DNA of 60,532 nt, filler included, from Dugesia japonica (lineage: Eukaryota), in the NCBI GenBank assembly GCA_001938525.1. It is 5 parts of 5 records of this genome, joined end to end, with 100 filler letters (N's around TTAATTAATTAA, not from the genome) between each part and the next. Parts side by side here need not be neighbours in the genome. Positions count along the whole stretch, not along the records: positions 49,021 to 60,532 come from MQRL01579357.1; 4 more parts are not named here. The stretch is one strand, 5' to 3'. Made by a program: the position numbers and the translations under genes. Under the pieces are notes generated by a model that was given only the letters and a program-made list of their open reading frames with translations, had not been told where the DNA came from and searched no databases. Shown here piece by piece: positions 52,400 to 60,532 of this stretch (within the stretch, counting starts at the first letter, position 1; each line of letters opens with the position of its first letter).

Positions 52400-53010
52400 A
52401 TAAAGAAAACAGCTTTTTTGGTACTGAAAAGTTACTTTTGATAAGGGACTCTTATGGTTGTCATTTAATGAATTAAGTGACCAAAGTACTAAAGAATCTA
52501 TGTAATGCCTAACCAATTATAATACCGCCAAAAACTACTTCATTTTTACAACCATTGAATGTTTTGAAAAATTATCCATTTAAAAATTTTATGAGAACAG
52601 CCTGGAATGATTGGCTAATAAATAATGAAGAGGAATTTACAAAAATAGGTTACAGGAAAAAACCGATTTATCAAAATATTGTTAATTTTACATCTTAAGC
52701 TTTAACAGAAATTTCACCAGAAATTATTGAAAGGTCATTTGAATATTGTGGAGTTGGAGAGTTTGGAAGAGCAATATGTTTAGAAAAACTGAATAGCCGA
52801 CTTCAAATTGTTCTTAAATTTCGTGGGGAAGCACATGAAAAAATATTTGTGAAAAACTAAGCCATATGATACAATTTANNNNNNNNNNNNNNNNNNNNNN
52901 NNNNNNNNNNNNNNNNNNNNNNNNNNNNNNNNATATGCAAACTATTGATGTACATGTAGGCGGTAGTGAGTGGACGTCCTCTGACGATGAATATAAGCGG
53001 AATTTTGAGT
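52400..53010 (+). pseudogene. Pogo-family transposase C-terminal remnant
   Basis: IIPPKTTSFLQPLNVLKNYPFKNFMRTAWNDWL...TKIGYRKKP...ISPEIIERSFEYCG. Confidence 0.8.
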
Positions 53011-54379
53011 GAAGCTGATACACGGGAACTTTTTGAATTGGTAAGGATGGATAAAAATTAAAGTTTGCTTGGGTGTTATCCTCCACGAAAGCTTCTCTCG
53101 GCAGGATTCTGAACCCTGTATTTACTATTTTAAATAAAATCCCTTAAGTATTAAAAAAATACTTAATTATTAATTCGTATTTTTAAGGAATAATACAGTT
53201 ATTTTATTTTGTTGCTAAATTATATTAATTGGATTTATTTTCATTTTAAGTAATACATTACCTGTTTTTTTTTCGTCCAAGACGAGAGAAATCATTTTTC
53301 CCGTGGGCCTTTTAAGTTACCCTAGGTTCTTTGGTGTACTGGGGGCCATCCACCTGGCTTTCATCGGGATTCACATTAGCTCATAAGAGGTCGGTACTGG
53401 AGACACGTTCCTTTGTGGGAGTCGTATTTTTCTATATTACATATTACGAGTACTTCTTGTGTATATTATTATTAATAGTATTATATATTATATTATGACA
53501 TAATGGTACTCGTATATAAACTATACTAGTATAATTACAAATTACACAGCAATATATTAGTTTACATTATGCATTACATAGCACAGCACCCCACATGACT
53601 CATCTTCCAAATTCTATAGTGCTGCTGTGCTATTGACATTTAATTACATTATGTTATTATTATTATTATCAACTTCTAGCAAATCTTTGAAAATGTTACT
53701 GACTTCTATGTAATTTATGAAAATGTTTATGGACTTCTTTGATATTTTTGAATTATTTTTCCTATTTTCTACTTGGAATTTTGAAAATGTTATTTACTTC
53801 TATGTAGTGTTTGAAATTTTTTACAGGATTGTATTGTATTGTATTTAATTTTACATATCGAGTGTATTTTATCCCGACGAACAGAAAAGTAATTTTTATT
53901 AAATATATTTTATATTATGAATTTGGAAAATTGAAATTTTCAAATAAACGAAGTTTCTAATAATATCNACATGATTTTTTTCATAATTTTTTTCCCATCA
54001 GTTGATATTTATTTTCTGATTACTGACATCATAATTAGTATGACTTGTAAATTTCTGCAACTTAATCGTTATAATTCGGCAATTTTCTATTTTTCCAATA
54101 AATCTTAGAAATTGTTTTTTTTTTTATAAATTTTAANAAATATTTTTTTTCCCGAAAAATANATGAGTAAGTTACAAAAACATGTTTGCAAATTGTAATT
54201 AATGGTTTTGTATTGTTTCTTTTTCTGTTTTAAAATGTTGTATTGAATTTTATTGAATCATTTCTATTTTACTTACACTTAAAAGTTACCATAAAGGTTA
54301 TTTTAATATTATAATTGTAATATTTGTAATAATTTCATTAAAAACTTGAATATTTCTAAATGAATTTTTGTATTAACAG

Positions 54380-54478
54380 GTAATTTTGTGTTCGCACCAA
54401 AGTTTTGTCGAATTGAGTCTAATCATGTATCTGAATGCGTGGACAAATGCTTAAATGCTGGTCTAGAATTCCCAATTG
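54380..54478 (+). CDS. ITPK1: Inositol-tetrakisphosphate 1-kinase exon
   Basis: aacag|..NFVFAPKFCRIESNHVSECVDKCLNAGLEFPI|gtagtt; corresponds to the ITPK1 segment ending GLTFPF. Confidence 0.85.
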
Positions 54479-54529
54479 GTAGTTAAAGATCATTGTATTG
54501 CTTAAGTTATTTGATTATATTATTTTTAG

Positions 54530-54573
54530 TTTGTAAGCCAGAAATTGCACATGGCCATAATTTCGCGCACGAG
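54530..54573 (+). CDS. ITPK1: ITPK1 micro-exon after a 51-bp intron
   Basis: tttag|(V)CKPEIAHGHNFAHE|gttagt; matches the ITPK1 CKxxxAHGxxxHE motif. Confidence 0.9.
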
Positions 54574-54749
54574 GTTAGTTTAAATTTATTTCTATTTCGA
54601 GTGAACGTATTAATCACAAAAATTTATTAATATATTCAATAAACAGCTTTTAGTTTTTATCTTGTTTGTTATATTATTTGCAAAAAATTAAATTAACTAA
54701 TTATCAATGTGTTTTTTTTTGAATATTTTTCTATCGCATCTTTTGGTAA

Positions 54750-54913
54750 GGGGCCATCAATAAAGTATGTCACGCTATTTTTTACAATTTTTACACCTGC
54801 ATCTCCGTATTGTCACAAATTTCTGTACCCCCTCCTTGAAAGTGCGTCACACTCTAGAACTAAAAAATTATTTTAAAAATTAACTACTCATTAAAATTAA
54901 ATCTAAAACACAT
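54750..54913 (+). mobile_element. DNA-transposon terminal fragment (Harbinger-like MITE end)
   Basis: ggggccatcaataaagtatgtcacgcta resembles a common invertebrate TIR; the partner end is not seen. Confidence 0.4.
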
Positions 54914-57900
54914 NNNNNNNNNNNNNNNCGGTCATCACATCATCAAGTTAAACATTACTGTCAATTTCAGGTTTTATTTGTAGGTTTAAAAGAAAACAAA
55001 TATTTCATACAAAGCCAAATAATTGGAATACCAATTTCAAATTTTAGTCCATTCAACTTCTCTTAAGAGTTTCCGCCTTTATTATTATTCGAATCTTTCA
55101 GAATTAGATCGTCAAGTTATCCTCAATTCAGCTATACAGTCCACTTGTCATGGCAGCTTATAATTAGTAACAGACCTTGTCCTGTTATGTCATACTTTAT
55201 ACAACAAATCTAATCTGCCTAGTAATGAGGTTTCTTAAATTTACTTAATTGTTTATCGGCATGTTTAATACGTGTAGTTCCCTTTTATTATTTTCATAAA
55301 TTCTATTCTTAATTATTTCTATATTACTGAATTGTATTTTCTACTTACCCTTATTTTTTTTCGTGTTCTTGGTTTGGTTCTTATTCCCTACTTTATATCT
55401 TTGGTGGTGTTTACACCAACGTTTTTAATCATTAAAAATTAAAATGGGTTAAAACTGCCGACTTTTTGTAACCATATATTGAAGCTTTTGAGTTTCTTGA
55501 CTTATCCGATAAATTTCATATGATATTTGAATATATATAAGTATTTTTCAACTCAGAATTCTGTACAATTACTNNNNNNNNNNNNNNNNNNNNNNNNNNN
55601 NNNNNNNNNNNNNNNNNNNNNNNTTAAAAATAAAGAAAAAAGAAAACATATATTCCTAAATCTTTTTAGATTTCTATATTAGTTAATAATAGTTAATCAT
55701 TTTATTTATAATTTCATTAAAAGAAAGAATAGTTCATAAGCAATATGTTAAAAATGTCTATCTCGATTTATAACTGTGTTTTTAGCATACATCTAATGTT
55801 TACTCAAATGATATGAACGTCAAAATGTAAATTTTAATTTTCATTTATAATATATAACAACAGAAAATTTGCTTTAATTTCAAATTCAATATTATTCAGA
55901 AATAAATGCTAAACAAGCTCAGTCAAGAAAAANNNNNNNNNNNNNNNNNNNNNNNNNNNNNNNNNNNNNNNNNNNNNNNNNNNNNNNNNNNNNNNNNNNN
56001 NNNNNNNNNNNNNNNNNNNNNNNNNNNNNNNNNNNNNNNNNNNNNNNNNNNNNNNNNNNNNNNNNNNNNNNNNNNNNNNNNNNNNNNNNNNNNNNNNNNN
56101 NNNNNNNNNNNNNNNNNNNNNNNNNNNTTGCTGAATAAATAATAAACAGTTTGGGTTTCGTGTATATATAGGTTTATGTCTTTTTTAATTATAAATGTTT
56201 TGAAAATTGATTGGCGATTTTGTATAATTCTTATATAGTTAGTAATTTAATTATATTTATAAATCATTAAATGATTTAAGGTTTAGTATTCCAACTGTCA
56301 TTAATATATTAAAATTAAGTTTCCTTAAAATTTTAAAAATTGTTAATTGAAGTGCTTTTTTTAATTTTCGTAAATAGAGAGTGTTAATAATGAAATGATG
56401 AAGGGGTATGAGATCTTGTGGTGTATAACGAATTTTAGATACAATTATAAATGAAAATCTAAACTCAACTTTTTATTGTGATTACAATATTTTTGCTTAC
56501 TTTATAAAACTTGAAAAATTAAAATATATTTCTATTAGTAAAAATACATTTATAAAACTTGAAAGGTTTCATTTATTGAGTGAATTTGTAAATGATTTTT
56601 TCCATATCTAATTTTTTATGGATTTGTACATATATAAAATCTTTTATTTCGACATTAATACAAATTAATTGATAAAATGTGATTTTCTAAAAGGTTACAT
56701 TTTCCGGAGTATTTTGAACTGTTGTTTGTTGAATTGTTATCAATAAGCTTTATTTGGCTATATTGTCACTAGAGCAAAACTAACTGTACTGCGAAAACCA
56801 AGACTACACTGAAAACTCAACGTCAACCAATCTATATGAANNNNNNNNNNNNNNNNNNNNNNNNNNNNNNNNNNNNNNNNNNNNNNNNNNNNNNNNNNNN
56901 NNNNNNNNNNNNNNNNNNNNNNNNNNNNNNAGACCCCTCGCAGAGATAATCAACGTTTTTCACAAACTATATTAAATATTTTGCATAATCATATTTTGTC
57001 TCATCGCCGTATTAACATGATCTAGCACAATCAAACTTAAGCATGTTGCTTTATATATTTTTAAAGCTTATTTTATGCTCTTTCATAATATGAAAATGGT
57101 CTTTTATTTCTTGATGTCTAAACGCGAGTTGTGTATTTATTCTAGTTTAAGGTTGATTATTACGTCGCTCAAACCTCTTGAAATATCACTGAAGTATTTG
57201 TTAAAGGAAGTTTCAATGAATGCGTAGTAAAACACTGGTTTCGAAATATCGTCTTGGTAACAGCAACCTTGAAGACGAGGCCTAATGAACCCGTCCACCA
57301 GCGATTGACGATGTCCATATACAAGCATTATTTGAAGTTCAGACATTCAAAACCACTCGATAAGTTACCGGGTAACTCAACATCAACCAATATACAGATG
57401 TGTTCACCATTTGATGCAAATTGGGAAAGTGAAGAAGTTTGACAAAGCGGTTTCTAATAAATTTAATGAAAACTAGAAAACGTGACGTTTTAATGTCTCA
57501 TCGGCAGTTCTTTTACATAAAAAAGATGATTCATGAAATATAACGAGAAGTTGGTGTTCTATGACAACATGAAACATTCGGTCTAGTTATTCGCTCACGA
57601 CAAAGCTCCTCAACACTTTTCAAAGTTGAAACTGCATTGAAAAAACTTTATAGTGATGTTGTGTTAGTCTACAATATGTCTGATGTAATATATGTACTGG
57701 TATTGTTTAATAGAGAAAACCGTACGTTTCATTGAGTTTTGCTTCGAAACTAACCACTACTGCCTAACACTTTTCAAGCATATCCACAACTCATTGTGTA
57801 TAAAGTTCTTAAAAATAAAGACATTCCGAAATAGCTTTCAATGACTTCATCATCTCCCTAACTGAGGAATTTTATATTACCCAAATTAAAAAACTTGTTA

Positions 57901-58970
57901 CTCGTTGACAAAAATGTATTGATTTGGATGGTTATTATTTCATAGAAAGTTGTTTTTGAGTTGAGTTATATTAATTTAAAGTTAAGATTAAAATCCTACA
58001 TTTCTTTTGCATTAACCTATTATTATAAAAAATTTTAATTTAATATTTTTAGTAGTTTAATTATTAAATTTAGAATTTCTTTTTAATTTTCAATCTGAAA
58101 GTGCAAACTTTTTTTGGTTTGAATGAAAAAGAAGTAAAATTTAATGTTCATACAATGAAGCGTTAGTATTTATTTGCTGAATTATTTTGGTATACACATC
58201 ATTACCAATAAATTGTCTTGCATCATTTAGTAACGGTCGTTGTAATTCAGACAAAAAGCCACGGTTAATCGGATCTACTTCTTCACCCCAAACTAATTGA
58301 AATATACGTTAACCGTTATAGTATATTAGTTTGTTAATTCCAAAACACTTTAACAAATTATTATTGACTTTTTTACTTGTGTGCAAGCGTTTCAGAATGA
58401 GTCAGTGAGTATATATCTAGTTTATCTTAAATTTATCAACTTAAATATCAGCGTTCCACAGNNNNNNNNNNNNNNNNNNNNNNNNNNNNNNNNNNNNNNN
58501 NNNNNNNNNNNNNNNNNNNNNNNNNNNNNTGCAATAATCATTAACAATTTTTCCTTGATAAAGTAATTCATTCCAAGGCTTTCATGATTTCATGCAGGAG
58601 GTAAGTGTAATGTGGACTTGGCCATAAGCGAAAACTGGTTTCAGCAAATACACGCTATCTTTATCAAATGGGCCTTGGGCCTTATTAATGGCCATAGAGA
58701 ATTCCAAGATTACTGGAAAAGTTTGAGCATAAAAATTGAAATTTTAAAGCTTTAGATTTATAATATTTTGTTTAACTGAATTGGGTGTTTATTATTAAAA
58801 GTGATAAAATATTTAATTAATATTTTGAGTAATCATTCATTATATATGAAAATTGTTATTTATATTGTTATTATTGCTTTAAAATAATCTCGTAATATAT
58901 TGAACCATGCTAAATATAAATAATTAACACGATTTTATTTGTAATTTTACATTAATTATATATGCTTTAG

Positions 58971-59130
58971 ATGTGTATTGTTTTCAACAAAGAAGGGTTC
59001 AAAGACATCGATGCTCCATGCGTTTCACAAACATTTATTAATCATAATGCTAGATTATTTAAAATATTCGTAGTTGGCAGCAAAATCTATATTTGTGATC
59101 GACCATCTGTGAAAAATCTTACCTCTGGGA
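58971..59130 (+). CDS. ITPK1: ITPK1 exon (ATP-grasp domain)
   Basis: ctttag|MCIVFNKEGFKDIDAPCVSQTFINHNARLFKIFVVGSKIYICDRPSVKNLTSG|gttagt; matches ITPK1 PCVVQNFINHNAVLYKVFVVG...RPSLKN. Confidence 0.93.
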
Positions 59131-59304
59131 GTTAGTTTTGTTTTTAATAATTTGGATATTTAATTTTGTTTGTTGAGATATATTATTTTGGAAAATTAAT
59201 TCTGTTTTGTTAATTATTGGTTATCAGATAAGACATTTTTTTTGAAATTATAAACAAAGAATGATTAATAAAATATATTAATGTTTTTCAACATTATTAA
59301 TTTT

Positions 59305-59535
59305 TACAATTACAATTATTGCAAGAATAATTGTTGGACGTAACCATTGATCGTTTTTTCAGAATTCATTATAATAAAAGCTTCGATCAAATTTATTTTT
59401 GTGTTTTTGATAATAATTCTTTATTTCGACTTTGTCTTCGTCAGGAATTGACTTATTTTAGAAAATTAGAATTATTATCAAAAACAAAAAAAAATTTATT
59501 TTAAAAATTTAAAAGCTTTTATTTTAATGAATTAT
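59305..59535. mobile_element. Further copy of the foldback/MITE family
   Basis: tacaattattgcaagaataattgttggacgtaaccattgatcg start, similar to 21672-21860. Confidence 0.6.
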
Positions 59536-60532
59536 TAATATTTTATAATAGTAGAAATAAAATTGAATAAATAATATAGAATAAGAAATTAAAATAAAAT
59601 ACAACGTGAATAATGCCACACTCGATAAATGTATAAAAATCAATAGACCTGTAAATATCAAATTTATTATTTATCATTTTAATAACTGAAAGGAATTAAA
59701 ATTTGACAAATTGGAAATAAATTGGTTGGGTATCAGAATATTTAAATTATATTTACGTACACTTGCAGTTTTATCTAGTCCTGTTAAAATGAAATGTCTG
59801 TTTCGTTAGTCTCTGACCTTAATAAAAAGACTTGTATTTTCAAGTTATATTCATACCAACAATAATTCTTCGAAAATCACTTCCCGCAAAAATTCCTAAA
59901 AATGAACAGTGGTCCACCAATATTAAAATACAATTGGTTAGAAAAAATACAATACAACGAATAAATGAACTAGAATTATTTACTTATTAGTACTTAAATG
60001 TTATTAATAAAATGTATACTTGAAATTTCATTAAAATAAAANNNNNNNNNNNNNNNNNNNNNNNNNNNNNNNNNNNNNNNNNNNNNNNNNNNNNNNNNNN
60101 NNNNNNNNNTTTTTTTTCGATATTAATTTTTATGTTAGGAATTTTTAAAATTTTTTTTTACAATTATTATATTATATTATACTTAAAATTTTTAAATTTT
60201 GAAAATTTTTGTTTTTGTGTTTTTTTTTAGATTATTTACTATAAATATAATTAGTATTTTATTTATGTTATACTCAAACAGCAATATTTTTAACAAAATT
60301 TTTTAAAATCAATTAAAAAAAAGAATTATTTTTATATTAAAATTATTTTTTTTAAGATATACATTTAAAAATTTCTTTCAAATTAATATTAAAATTTTTT
60401 TTATTTAATTCATAGTATTTAGTTTTTTATATAAATAATATTTAAACAATATTTATTGATATTGAAATAAACTTTTTATTTTTTCAAAATTTTTTTAATT
60501 ATTGTATACTTGAAATTAAAAAAGACTGATAC

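Noticed and set aside
56930-57900. Moderately GC-richer intronic stretch with short ORFs (57137, 57254)
   Set aside because: Probably a decayed transposon, but no assignable motif.
1-60532. tRNA, rRNA, snRNA or spliced-leader genes
   Set aside because: None recognised; the only tRNA-like match is the 17-nt PBS at 17031-17047.

Overview
Very AT-rich eukaryotic genomic DNA with spliceosomal introns. It is probably an invertebrate, and a planarian-type flatworm is plausible, but that is inference only. The window is five assembly blocks joined by artificial N44-TTAATTAATTAA-N44 spacers, so adjacency across blocks is unproven. Two host genes are partly visible as small + strand exons: a BMP1/Tolloid-like protease (CUB4-CUB5 exons, 30748-36639) and ITPK1 (54380-59130). 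Most other recognisable sequence is decayed mobile DNA. The main element is a fully bounded 9.56 kb endogenous Polinton/Maverick (adintovirus-type) virus at 5038-14595. It has long terminal inverted repeats (TIRs), a 6-bp target-site duplication (TSD, AAGACG), and pseudogenised ATPase, major capsid, protease and protein-primed PolB genes. A second Polinton fragment lies in a tolloid intron, and there are further Polinton-like termini. A NeSL/R2-type non-LTR retrotransposon (40380-45000) carries three tandem Ulp1/SENP-like protease modules, one with an intact catalytic set and two degenerate. Gypsy LTR pieces, Tc1/mariner, pogo/Tigger and hAT remnants, several MITEs and (TAT)n microsatellites complete the window. 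All protein calls come from manual motif recognition; no searches were run.
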